From Promethearchaeota archaeon (GTDB taxonomy: Archaea; Asgardarchaeota; Lokiarchaeia; Sigyniarchaeales; SOKP01), in assembly GCA_048940925.1 (NCBI GenBank), contig JBHLOC010000024.1, positions 1 to 64,000 of the forward strand: a DNA stretch of 64,000 bases, written 5' to 3'. Positions within the stretch are counted from its first letter, which is position 1. Every line of letters starts with the position of its first letter. Under the pieces are notes generated by a model that was not told the origin of the DNA, ran no database searches, and saw nothing but the letters and a program-made list of their open reading frames with translations. This document shows positions 44,157-53,002 of this stretch, piece by piece. The translations under genes and the position numbers were made by a program.

Positions 44157-45587
44157 ATGGATAAAAATATAAATAAATTAAATTTACCAAATTCTTACTT
44201 AAAATTGTTTGGATTTGAATTGAATTATGCTCAGGCTAAATCATTTCTAATTCTTTCCTTAATAGGAATTTTCCTACTCCCGCTCTTCTTAGCGATAGAA
44301 ATTTTCGTGAACTTATTCTGGGTAATATTCATTCAAATTCCTTTTTATATGTCCCTCCCCGCAATTTATAAGCAGTGGCCTTTATCGTGGGTAATTTTTT
44401 GGTATTTTGCTCCGGTTGTTATAAGAATAATTGTAGTTTTTATACTGCTTTATCTGAGTATTTATACTCTGAAAAAGATTTTTAAACCAACAAAAGTAAA
44501 GGATGAACGCAAAAAGAAAAAAATTCAGCAGGGAAGAATCATAAAATGGCTCGGTTTAAAATTAACTTATGGCCAATCTTTATTTTTATTTAGTATCTCT
44601 CTAACCGGTATTTTATATACTGTAAAATTTCTTTTTGATTCATTTGAGATCCCTGATTTTATACTGTCTGGCTTTTGGGAAATTGGCGGTGTCTTTAATC
44701 GAAAGGTATTACATATTATTATTTTTATTCTCAGCGTTATATTTGTTTCATTTTTTCTATATAACATATTAGTAATTTGGAGAAAAAAATTCTTACATCT
44801 TTCAAAGAAGACCGTGAAGAATCATGGATTGATCATTTTTATTATATTCTTCATCATATTTTTATTCTTTCTTGGGCGAATTTTTTATCATATTATCCTC
44901 TTTACAAATTTAGCGTATATTTTTGGTGTTTCTCCTGCAGTAACTAATCCATCCCAAGCGATTGATTTAATTATATCAGTTATTATATTAACTATTTCCG
45001 TAATTATAATAAGTGTTACCTATTTCATGAGGGAGAATACTTATAGACAATTAAAAAAGGAAAATGATCTCACATGGTTTCATATTAAATTAACACCGAA
45101 AAGAACTATAATTTTGCTCTCATTGGCGATGCTTTTTATTAGTTTTCTTATCTATACTTTTTTGACATTAATTTTAACACTAGGGATGGGGATCATTCTA
45201 ATCTCGTTCTCCTTTGTATTTATTCCTCCTATTTTTTTATGTTATTACTCAATCAATAAAATTTTAAAAAGCAATTGTCTCAGTAATGCTTTAAATTCAA
45301 TAGAAAGCTCTAATGAAATCATAACAAATTGGTTTAAGCTAAATTTGAAAAAGTTGGATTCAGTAATATTTCTTTCAATAAGTAGCGGAGTTATAATAAT
45401 TTATGTTTTTTATTTGATAGGGATTAATTCTAATCTTAAAGAAGATTTGTTAAATGTTAAATTTGAGGCTGTGGGTTTCTATGATTTACTCAGTTTTCTA
45501 CTTGTAACGATCGTTTTAATCTTAATGGTAAGTATTGCTGTATATACAATAAAAAAAACTATTCCTTCAATCAAATCTCGTGTGTAA
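44157..45587 (+). CDS. polytopic membrane protein with four internal repeats (paralogue A)
   Basis: LFGFELN, WLGLKLT, WFHIKLT and WFKLNLK each precede a TM helix. Confidence 0.75.
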   Translation: MDKNINKLNLPNSYLKLFGFELNYAQAKSFLILSLIGIFLLPLFLAIEIFVNLFWVIFIQIPFYMSLPAIYKQWPLSWVIFWYFAPVVIRIIVVFILLYLSIYTLKKIFKPTKVKDERKKKKIQQGRIIKWLGLKLTYGQSLFLFSISLTGILYTVKFLFDSFEIPDFILSGFWEIGGVFNRKVLHIIIFILSVIFVSFFLYNILVIWRKKFLHLSKKTVKNHGLIIFIIFFIIFLFFLGRIFYHIILFTNLAYIFGVSPAVTNPSQAIDLIISVIILTISVIIISVTYFMRENTYRQLKKENDLTWFHIKLTPKRTIILLSLAMLFISFLIYTFLTLILTLGMGIILISFSFVFIPPIFLCYYSINKILKSNCLSNALNSIESSNEIITNWFKLNLKKLDSVIFLSISSGVIIIYVFYLIGINSNLKEDLLNVKFEAVGFYDLLSFLLVTIVLILMVSIAVYTIKKTIPSIKSRV

Positions 45588-45615
45588 ATAAATTAAAAAA
45601 ATATATAAAAAACCA

Positions 45616-47121
45616 ATGTTAAAGATGAAAGTTAAAGAAGAAAATGAATCAAATCAAAAGAAGACTTCCTTAATTTTATTTCGATTTGAGTTAAATCGCA
45701 CTCAGACTACATTATTCCTAATTCTTTCCTTGATAGGTATTTTTTTGTTCCCTTCGATATTAGCAGGAATTATTTTCTATGATTTATTTCAATCAATTTT
45801 CGTTGAACTACCTTCTTATGATAAGCTATATCGCTATTATCACTTTATTTATAAAGATTATGAGCATTTTCTCTTTGGTACTTTCGCACCTGTAATTACA
45901 AATATAATTATTCACACTATACTTCTTTTTTTAAGTATTTATATCCTTAAAAAAATATTAAACTCTAGAAAATTCAAGGATGAATATAAGAAGAAAATTA
46001 TCCCACAAAACAGAATTTCAAATTGGCTTGGTTTCAAATTATCACACAGTCAAGCAGTATTTATGTTTATTTTTTCATTTGTGGGGATATTATTTACTAT
46101 TCACAGTTTTTTTAATAATTATATTCCTGCTAATGAATCTGATTTATTTGAAATTATTTGTTATATTCCTACTTCTTCAGAGGGAGCATTAGTATCAATT
46201 GAGTCACATGAAATATTATTGAAAAATGTTCCACTCGGGATTAATGCGACATTTCTGATTTTCTGTCTTTATAGTCTTATTGCCACTCGAAGAGGAGAAG
46301 CTATAACTCCTTCAAAAAAAGTAGTAAAGACTTATGCGCTTCTAATTTTCATTCTTTCTATGGTTATATCTATATTCCTCTTAGCTAGACTTTTTTGTCA
46401 TGTTGCTCTTTTTAATTATGAGATCTCATATGTCTTAGGAATCCCTCCCCATACTCCTACCTCAGAACAGAACATAGATTTTATTATAACGTTTGTTCTT
46501 TTAATTATATGTTTTATTCTTATAATTGCCAGTTATTTTATAAAAAAAAATTCTCCTGAAACGACAGGAATCAACAATGAAGTCTCATGGTTCCATATAA
46601 AATTAACCCCTAATAGATCAATAAGTTTACTATCATCATCAATTTTCACTCTTATTGTTATTAGTTATGGTTTTTTGCCAGTGTTCATAATATTTACAGG
46701 GAATTTCATTTCTTTCTATTGGAACTCTGATTTTTTTGCTATTTCATTTCTGGGCATATACATAATAATTCTTATTTTATGTTATTATTCAATTGAAAAA
46801 GTATTAAAGAAGCGAGGTTTAGATAATGTTATTAATGAGATTGATACTTTGGAGGAATTTGAAACCAACTGGTTTAAATTCAGATTAAATAGGCTTTATT
46901 CAATCGTATTTTTATCAGTAAGCTGTGGATTCATTGTTTTTTATGTTTTTCAGCTGATAACTTTCAATATGAATTTTAGATATTTTGTATCCGAAGATGA
47001 AATATATACTGATTCATTCACGTTATTTAGTTATCCAATAATGATTTCAATTTTAGTAGTGTTAATAGCAATTAATATACATACGATAAAAAGAACGCTC
47101 CCATCGCTTAAATATAATTAA
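45616..47121 (+). CDS. polytopic membrane protein with four internal repeats (paralogue B)
   Basis: LFRFELN, WLGFKLS, WFHIKLT and WFKFRLN; collinear with paralogue A. Confidence 0.75.
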   Translation: MLKMKVKEENESNQKKTSLILFRFELNRTQTTLFLILSLIGIFLFPSILAGIIFYDLFQSIFVELPSYDKLYRYYHFIYKDYEHFLFGTFAPVITNIIIHTILLFLSIYILKKILNSRKFKDEYKKKIIPQNRISNWLGFKLSHSQAVFMFIFSFVGILFTIHSFFNNYIPANESDLFEIICYIPTSSEGALVSIESHEILLKNVPLGINATFLIFCLYSLIATRRGEAITPSKKVVKTYALLIFILSMVISIFLLARLFCHVALFNYEISYVLGIPPHTPTSEQNIDFIITFVLLIICFILIIASYFIKKNSPETTGINNEVSWFHIKLTPNRSISLLSSSIFTLIVISYGFLPVFIIFTGNFISFYWNSDFFAISFLGIYIIILILCYYSIEKVLKKRGLDNVINEIDTLEEFETNWFKFRLNRLYSIVFLSVSCGFIVFYVFQLITFNMNFRYFVSEDEIYTDSFTLFSYPIMISILVVLIAINIHTIKRTLPSLKYN

Positions 47122-47164
47122 ACTTAAAAAGTTTGATTTCATAGTTTATAAAAAGGAGAACACA

Positions 47165-47548
47165 ATGATTTTTACATTTGAAATAATCAGATATATCCTT
47201 TTTTTAATAGTAGGGATTATATTAATTGAATGGTATATCAAGAAAAAGGGATGGGAAAATTCAATTAGTAAGTCATCATTCTATGTTTTTACTTGGAAAA
47301 CTCTAATGTTGTTTATTTATATAGGAATTGGATTTATAATAAATCCTGAATCAATTATTTACTCATCTATTATAATGTTATTGATATCATTTTTTATCAA
47401 TATATTTTTAGCAGTTATCTTTTTTAAATTGTTTTTTAAACAGAACACGATTGAATCTATAGTGATTATTCTCATAATTGTCATTATAGAAATAATTTTA
47501 GAGAGTATCCTCTTATATGCATTCCTAATTCCAGAATCTTTAACCTAA
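47165..47548 (+). CDS. small four-TM membrane protein
   Basis: Hydrophobic ORF with AGGAG RBS. Confidence 0.65.
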   Translation: MIFTFEIIRYILFLIVGIILIEWYIKKKGWENSISKSSFYVFTWKTLMLFIYIGIGFIINPESIIYSSIIMLLISFFINIFLAVIFFKLFFKQNTIESIVIILIIVIIEIILESILLYAFLIPESLT

Positions 47549-47730
47549 AACTTTAATCTCTAATTTAATAAATGGCAAACGGAATTAAGTAATAATAATA
47601 AAAATTTACAACATAAGGTAATTTAATCTCTATTAGAATGGTTAATAGAGAGGAAAAATTAAAAGAAATATTAAGAAAAGAAATAATATTAAGTAAAGAA
47701 TCTCAAATTGTTAATAATTTTTTAGATCTT

Positions 47731-47758
47731 TATAGATGACTCTATAAAGAGTTCTATA
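47731..47758. promoter_or_regulatory. tandem TATARR-N4-YYTATA boxes
   Basis: TATAGATGACTCTATA and TATAAAGAGTTCTATA share a TATA (12-bp period). Confidence 0.65.
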
Positions 47759-47906
47759 CAAATAAAAAGATCTACCGCCAAAATTTAATTCTTTACTTTG
47801 TTCTGAAGTCAAAAACAATTCACATTTCTACAAATATTTAAAACCGAATCACCAATTATTAATAATAGATAAATGTTTGGGTAAAAAAGCAAGAAGAGGG
47901 TAATAA

Positions 47907-48446
47907 ATGTCAGAAGTCAAAAATAATGAAGAACTTTCAACAAAACTAAAGGATGAGTCTTTTCTCCGATTTGCAGATAATTCTAAGATGGGAGTATTAA
48001 TAATCCAGAAAGGGTTTTTAAGATATTTTAATAAACAATTTATGGAGATTTTTGGTTATCCTAAAGAAGATATTTTACAGTGGAAGAAACGAGAATTCTA
48101 TAAAATTGTTCATCCTGATGATCTATCTAATCTCATAAAACAGTTTAAGATTGAAAATGGTAAAAAGACTGTATCAGTACGATTTAGAGGTGTAAAAAAA
48201 GATGAAACAGTCATTCCAATCGAGAATTATAATTGTCAAATTAAATATAATAATAAATTTGCAGTTTTATCTAGTTATATCCAATTAGAAGAACTTATTG
48301 ATGAGACGTATCTTCCTAAGATAATCAAAATCAAAGAAGAAAAGAAAATAATATTAGGTTATCATCCAAATGTAGTTAAAATTTTAGAAGATAATAACAT
48401 AGACTTCGATATTATTCATCATTGTTCATATCGAGAAGAAAACTAA
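47907..48446 (+). CDS. single-PAS-domain protein, copy 1
   Basis: YFNKQFMEIFGY, IVHPDD and RGVKKD; short C-terminal extension ending SYREEN. Confidence 0.85.
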   Translation: MSEVKNNEELSTKLKDESFLRFADNSKMGVLIIQKGFLRYFNKQFMEIFGYPKEDILQWKKREFYKIVHPDDLSNLIKQFKIENGKKTVSVRFRGVKKDETVIPIENYNCQIKYNNKFAVLSSYIQLEELIDETYLPKIIKIKEEKKIILGYHPNVVKILEDNNIDFDIIHHCSYREEN

Positions 48447-48448
48447 TC

Positions 48449-48619
48449 TTATTCTTTTTGATCTATATCTCCAATTTCTTCAAAATGAATATTATAGATC
48501 TTATTAGGATCAAGAACTTTATGCTTTATCAATGCTCGTGGGATATATACTATTGTATCCGGTCCCATTGAAGATAATTTCACATTTTCTAACGTGAAGA
48601 TTTTCTTCTCTTTATTCAT
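48449..48619 (-). CDS. 56-aa AbrB/SpoVT-like (swapped-hairpin) protein, copy 1
   Basis: Not in track: MNKEKKIFTLENVKLSSMGPDTIVYIPRALIKHKVLDPNKIYNIHFEE...; near-identical copy at 51995..52171 differs largely at synonymous sites. Confidence 0.8.
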   Translation of the reverse strand: MNKEKKIFTLENVKLSSMGPDTIVYIPRALIKHKVLDPNKIYNIHFEEIGDIDQKE

Positions 48620-48656
48620 ATTTTATCACTTTAAGTTTCTTTTCAAATATCGATAT

Positions 48657-48672
48657 TATAAGGAACCCTATA
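48657..48672. promoter_or_regulatory. TATARR-N4-YYTATA box upstream of AbrB-like copy 1
   Basis: TATAAGGAACCCTATA. Confidence 0.6.
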
Positions 48673-48883
48673 GAAGATATGCAAAATTAAGATTAAAAAA
48701 AGAATTATTAACATATTTAATTAAATTTACGCTTTAACAATTGATATAGTCCGATGTATTTAAAAATTATAACTCTTCCGATTCAAATGAAATTAGAATG
48801 CTGATTTTTTTAAATAATTATATCTTTAATATTTTTTTAGAATTAGTTTTTAATGAACTGAAAATTAATCTTAACAGAATTAA

Positions 48884-49537
48884 TTATTTTCTCTCTTCAA
48901 TTTCCCTTAATTTTTTATCTTTTTCGAGTTTGTCCTTATAATATCTGATTGAATCTTTCAATTTGAGTGATTCTTCTTTCCAACCAATATTTTCAAATCT
49001 TTTTTTAGCTTTTTTGTAAATTTCTATTATTTTTTCATACGGACAATCAAACTGAAGAACATTATTTATTTTTATTTCTTGTTCGTATTCTTTTGCCATT
49101 CCTTCAGCATTACTAATCATATCAAATATTTCTTGAGATCTTTTAAGATTTTCTTCTTTTTTCTCTTCAAAATTTAAAAGCTGCTCTTCTTTATTAAGAG
49201 AGCGGATTACCGCTTTAATTGACTCTATTTCCTTGATTTTATGCAATTCTTCAAATTCTTTCTGTTTTTGCATTTTTTGAGCTTCAATTTCGCGTAATTT
49301 TTTATCTTTCTCTAATTTTTCATGATAAAATTTAATTTGTCCATTAAAAATTATGGTTTGCTCATTCCAACCACAACTAATGAGTATTTGTCTTATATTT
49401 TCATAGATTTTAATTATTTTAGGATAAGGACATGCAGTCCCAAATTTTCTTTTTTTAATGGCTAACTCATAATCTCTTGCCATTTTTTCTGCAATATCTA
49501 TCATTTTTGTAATTTGATCTTCAAATTTTGCATTCAT
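48884..49537 (-). CDS. helical protein of two ~80-aa repeats
   Basis: Twice AE.MA..YE...CPY.KII.IY...GW.E...KLEKDKKLREIE. Confidence 0.75.
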   Translation of the reverse strand: MNAKFEDQITKMIDIAEKMARDYELAIKKRKFGTACPYPKIIKIYENIRQILISCGWNEQTIIFNGQIKFYHEKLEKDKKLREIEAQKMQKQKEFEELHKIKEIESIKAVIRSLNKEEQLLNFEEKKEENLKRSQEIFDMISNAEGMAKEYEQEIKINNVLQFDCPYEKIIEIYKKAKKRFENIGWKEESLKLKDSIRYYKDKLEKDKKLREIEERK

Positions 49538-49837
49538 ACTTTTGTTTTCTCCTTGATATAAAGCATACTTTCCATAAATAACGAATTTTCATAAAATTAT
49601 TAATTAAATTTCTAGTACATTTTATGAAAAAAGATAGATGAAATTTTCTTGAATCACCCTATCGATTGTTTTTCTTTTATGGGATTTTGAAAAAGCAATA
49701 CTGAAATCTATGCATCAAAGGATTTCTTTTTAAAAAGGGAAACTAAAATATCTCCGGTTTGATCTCTAGGCTCTCCTTCTTTATAAAAATATGTGGGTTC
49801 CTAACAATTATTTATATAATATCCTATTTCTATTCCC

Positions 49838-49905
49838 CATAGAGTTCTCTATAAGGAATTTCATATAATACAATAATTAAATAAATATAATTTAAATCTT
49901 CACTT
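49838..49905 (-). promoter_or_regulatory. BRE/TATA-like promoter with downstream tandem boxes
   Basis: CATAGAGTTCTCTATAAGGAATTTCATA (49838-49865); ATTTAAATCTTCACTT (49890-49905) is identical to 51274-51289. Confidence 0.6.
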
Positions 49906-49928
49906 TTATCTTTAAATGGTTATTATAA

Positions 49929-50041
49929 TGATTAAGGATATAGTTTATATCTACCCTGGAAAAAGGTTAGATTATAAATTCCCATGTTCCAAGAATGGTA
50001 TCTAAATGATCATAGATATATTTCCTCATATAATTTAATTC
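49929..50041. repeat. dispersed ~110-bp intergenic repeat, copy 2
   Basis: Exact 29-mer at 50013-50041 shared with 31269-31297. Confidence 0.8.
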
Positions 50042-50068
50042 TTTTTTAGGCTAGAAAGGTACTTTATA

Positions 50069-50302
50069 TTACTCTTCTTCATTCACGTCCGATACACATT
50101 TATAAACAATGTCAGTGGGGGATTTTGACTTTAACTCATCAAGAGTTATTATTTGAGTTCTATGCCCACGATGAGTTTTCTCAAATTGCTGTAATAATTG
50201 TATGGCGTGATAATTAATAACATCAATGATGCAATACACATGACAATCAAAACACACTCTCACTCTTGTTTCTTTTAATTTATTATTTATAGATTCATTC
50301 AG
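50069..50302 (-). CDS. small CxxC...HxxH zinc-binding protein
   Basis: CFDC...HRGH; probable CTG start at 50302 after AGGTGG (track start 50263). Confidence 0.7.
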   Translation of the reverse strand: MNESINNKLKETRVRVCFDCHVYCIIDVINYHAIQLLQQFEKTHRGHRTQIITLDELKSKSPTDIVYKCVSDVNEEE

Positions 50303-50540
50303 CTTAATTCCACCTGTTGCTTTTTAATTTGTATCTAATGTAGTCCATCCTTGAAGTATAAATATGGTAACTTTAGAGTCCTTATTAATAGAGAAATCAT
50401 CTTTGAAATTAATGATAATTTTGAGAAAAATAGACAATCTGATACAACATTTATATCCATTTTGAAGTTCATTAGAAATTTCATAAACTCTATTCCAATA
50501 AATAATTATATTTAGATTATCCTTCAATTCTTTAAAATAG

Positions 50541-51086
50541 TTAAATATTCTTTTCAAATTTCAATATAGATCTTGTCAAAAATTCAAACATTTCTTTTAC
50601 ATTTTCTCCAGTTTTAGAAGAACATTCGAAATATTCGAGGAAGTCATATTTTTTTGAGAGTTTCTTAGCAGATCTTCGAGATACCATTCTTTCTTTAGAA
50701 AGATCTAATTTCCCACCGATCATTACTATTGGGATTTCCTTTTTATCATCCCCTAGACTTTCTTTAAATGCTAGTAGCCAATCATTTATATTCCTCAGAC
50801 TAGAATATGTAGTAAGATCAAACATAAAAATTCCTCCTGATGCCCCTCTTGTAAATGCAGAAAAAATAAATTTAAAACTTAATTCAGTTCCCAGAATCCA
50901 AATTTGAAGTGTTACTTCTGAAGAGCCTAGTATTACTTTCTTCACTGCAATATCAATACATACAGGTGGTTTAATTCTGTTGTTAAACATTTCAGGAGTA
51001 AAAGTGCGAATTAATGATGATTTTCCAACATTTTTTTCGCCAAAAATACATATTTTGAAAATTAAATCCTTGGGAATTTCTTGCAC
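50541..51086 (-). CDS. Rab-like small GTPase with degenerate G3/G4
   Basis: FKICIFGEKNVGKSS, LQIWILG (Asp missing), GGKLD and CSSKTGENV. Confidence 0.88.
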   Translation of the reverse strand: MQEIPKDLIFKICIFGEKNVGKSSLIRTFTPEMFNNRIKPPVCIDIAVKKVILGSSEVTLQIWILGTELSFKFIFSAFTRGASGGIFMFDLTTYSSLRNINDWLLAFKESLGDDKKEIPIVMIGGKLDLSKERMVSRRSAKKLSKKYDFLEYFECSSKTGENVKEMFEFLTRSILKFEKNI

Positions 51087-51217
51087 CTCTAACTATATAA
51101 AAATTTCCAAATTTTATTTTGACTATAGCACCTATTAATCATTTCTATAAACACTTTCCATCTAATTTAGTTTTAAAAGTAAATGCTTATACCTTATTTT
51201 ATTATTTTGGGATTTTA

Positions 51218-51289
51218 TATAGATAAGTTCTATAGATATCCCTATATAACAATAAACTAATCATATATTTTCTATTTAAATCTTCACTT
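51218..51289 (-). promoter_or_regulatory. BRE/TATA-like promoter with downstream boxes, upstream of the Rab-like GTPase
   Basis: TATAGATATCCCTATA (51231-51246), an N5 variant at 51218-51234, and ATTTAAATCTTCACTT (51274-51289). Confidence 0.6.
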
Positions 51290-51455
51290 CTTTATTTTTT
51301 CTTTAAATTATTTCACTCTTATTGATGAGATTCTCCATTTTATATAGTAAAAAATACCTAAATGATTAATTTAAAAAAAAATAAATACTATAATTTTATT
51401 TATAATGAGATGAACAACATAAAAATAGAATTTTTATTTCAGGTGTAGAATATAA

Positions 51456-51998
51456 TTGTCAAAAGCAAAAAATGATAATGAATTCACTACAAAATTGAAA
51501 AATGAACAATTTCTTTATTTTGCCGAGAATTCTCGTTTAGGAATAGTATTAATCCAAAGAGGAAATTTAATATATTATAATAAAAAATTTGGGGAGATCT
51601 TTGGCTATTCTCAAGAAGAGATCTCAAAATGGAAAAAGAGAGAATTTTATAAAATCGTACATCCTGAAGATTTAAAACATTTAGTAGAAACATTTAAGAT
51701 TGAAAATGATAAAAGGACAATTACTATACAATTTAGAGGTATAAGGAAAGATAAAAAAATAATTAATATCGAGAATTATAATTGCCCAATTAAATATAAT
51801 AATAAGTTTGCAGTTCTATCCAGTTATATTCCAATAGAAAGAACTTTTAAAGAAGAACCCTATGCTCCTAAAATAAAAAAGACAAAAGAAGAAAAATTAA
51901 TTATGTTGAAATTTACGCCACTTACTGAAAAACTCCTAAGAGATAATAATGTAAAATTTGACATTTATAACCAGTCTTCATATCGAGAAGAAAATTAA
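51456..51998 (+). CDS. single-PAS-domain protein, copy 2
   Basis: Paralogue of 47907..48446 (WKKREFYKIVHP, IKYNNKFAVLSSYI, SYREEN). Confidence 0.85.
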   Translation: MSKAKNDNEFTTKLKNEQFLYFAENSRLGIVLIQRGNLIYYNKKFGEIFGYSQEEISKWKKREFYKIVHPEDLKHLVETFKIENDKRTITIQFRGIRKDKKIINIENYNCPIKYNNKFAVLSSYIPIERTFKEEPYAPKIKKTKEEKLIMLKFTPLTEKLLRDNNVKFDIYNQSSYREEN

Positions 51999-52171
51999 CG
52001 CTTATTTTCCCGTTTTTTATTCGAGAGTTCTTCAAAATAAATATTATATCGTTTCTTAGGATCAAGAACTTTATGCTTAATCAACGCTCGTGGGATATAT
52101 ACTATTGTATCTGGTCCCATTGAAGATAATTTAGCATTCTCTAGAGTAAAAATTTTCTTCTCCTTATTCAT
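51995..52171 (-). CDS. 58-aa AbrB/SpoVT-like protein, copy 2
   Basis: Not in track: MNKEKKIFTLENAKLSSMGPDTIVYIPRALIKHKVLDPKKRYNIYFEE... Confidence 0.8.
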   Translation of the reverse strand: MNKEKKIFTLENAKLSSMGPDTIVYIPRALIKHKVLDPKKRYNIYFEELSNKKRENKR

Positions 52172-52578
52172 ACATTATCGCATTAAATTTTACTTTAAAT
52201 GTTTTGTATTATATTTTATTGAACATAAACAATTTCTCAATAAAGATTATTATTTTATCAAACCAATTTCCATTACAAATTCGCCTAACATTATACTTAA
52301 TGTGTTACGTATATTTAATCTTTTATATCTCTATCAAGATAGTATAACTTTATTCATAATAAAGAGTTTGATTCTAAAATATTAGTAGATATTAAATTTA
52401 TTTTATTTAAAGCGACAGAATTTGTGAATATTTCACTTTTCGGGGAGTTTACCACAGGTTTTTATAATTTCGTGCCCCTTTTCATTCTATTATTCTTTCT
52501 TTTTCTTAACAATTTTTGACCATCCATAAATGTTATCGATGTCAGAATAAAAGTAAAAATTTAAATTCTGTTGGGTGA

Positions 52579-52618
52579 TCTAGATATCTATATAGGAATA
52601 CCTATAAAACACCCTATA
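52579..52618. promoter_or_regulatory. triple TATARR-N4-YYTATA array
   Basis: TCTAGATATCTATATA, TATAGGAATACCTATA and TATAAAACACCCTATA at 12-bp period. Confidence 0.65.
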
Positions 52619-52707
52619 AATAAAGACATTTATTTTAAAAAAATTAGAAATAAATAATTTTAAGGATGGAAAGTACAAAAAAGATACTACAACAAACCAA
52701 AAAATAA

Positions 52708-52831
52708 GACTCCTGCCTATCGACCCTGAATTTTTATCTTATGGTGGTGTAAAATTTCTACACGCTGTTTCCGCCCTCCTCTTCCTATTGTATCTTTTTG
52801 ACGCATTCTTGCGTCTATTTTGGCAGGAGTC
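52708..52831. other. GC-enriched element with 10-bp terminal inverted repeat and two internal hairpins (candidate ncRNA or MITE-like element)
   Basis: GACTCCTGCC...GGCAGGAGTC; GTGTA-N7-TACAC; GACGCA-TTCT-TGCGTC. Confidence 0.45.
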
Positions 52832-53002
52832 ACCTTTAAATTATTGATCACTTGCTTTTATCTTTATGAATTAGATAATATAATGAAAATAGAGATTGAA
52901 AAAGCAATGAAAACATATTCAATTTCTTTATTGATACTTTTTTATATTTGAAAAGCTCTATATATTACTAAATTTGAAATGTTTGTCCATATATCTTAAA
53001 AA

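Noticed and set aside
49730-49840. Possible minus-strand small RNA (GGGAA...TTCCC then a T-run) after the 49890 promoter
   Set aside because: Pairing is imperfect and short; not supportable without folding or covariation analysis.
50324-50557. 77-aa ORF between the GTPase and the Zn-finger gene
   Set aside because: No recognisable features; cannot be supported, although its position is compatible with an operon.
47731-52618. TATA-box arrays as a CRISPR array or replication origin
   Set aside because: No repeat-spacer structure, no cas or cdc6/orc1 gene, and no G-string ORB motif.
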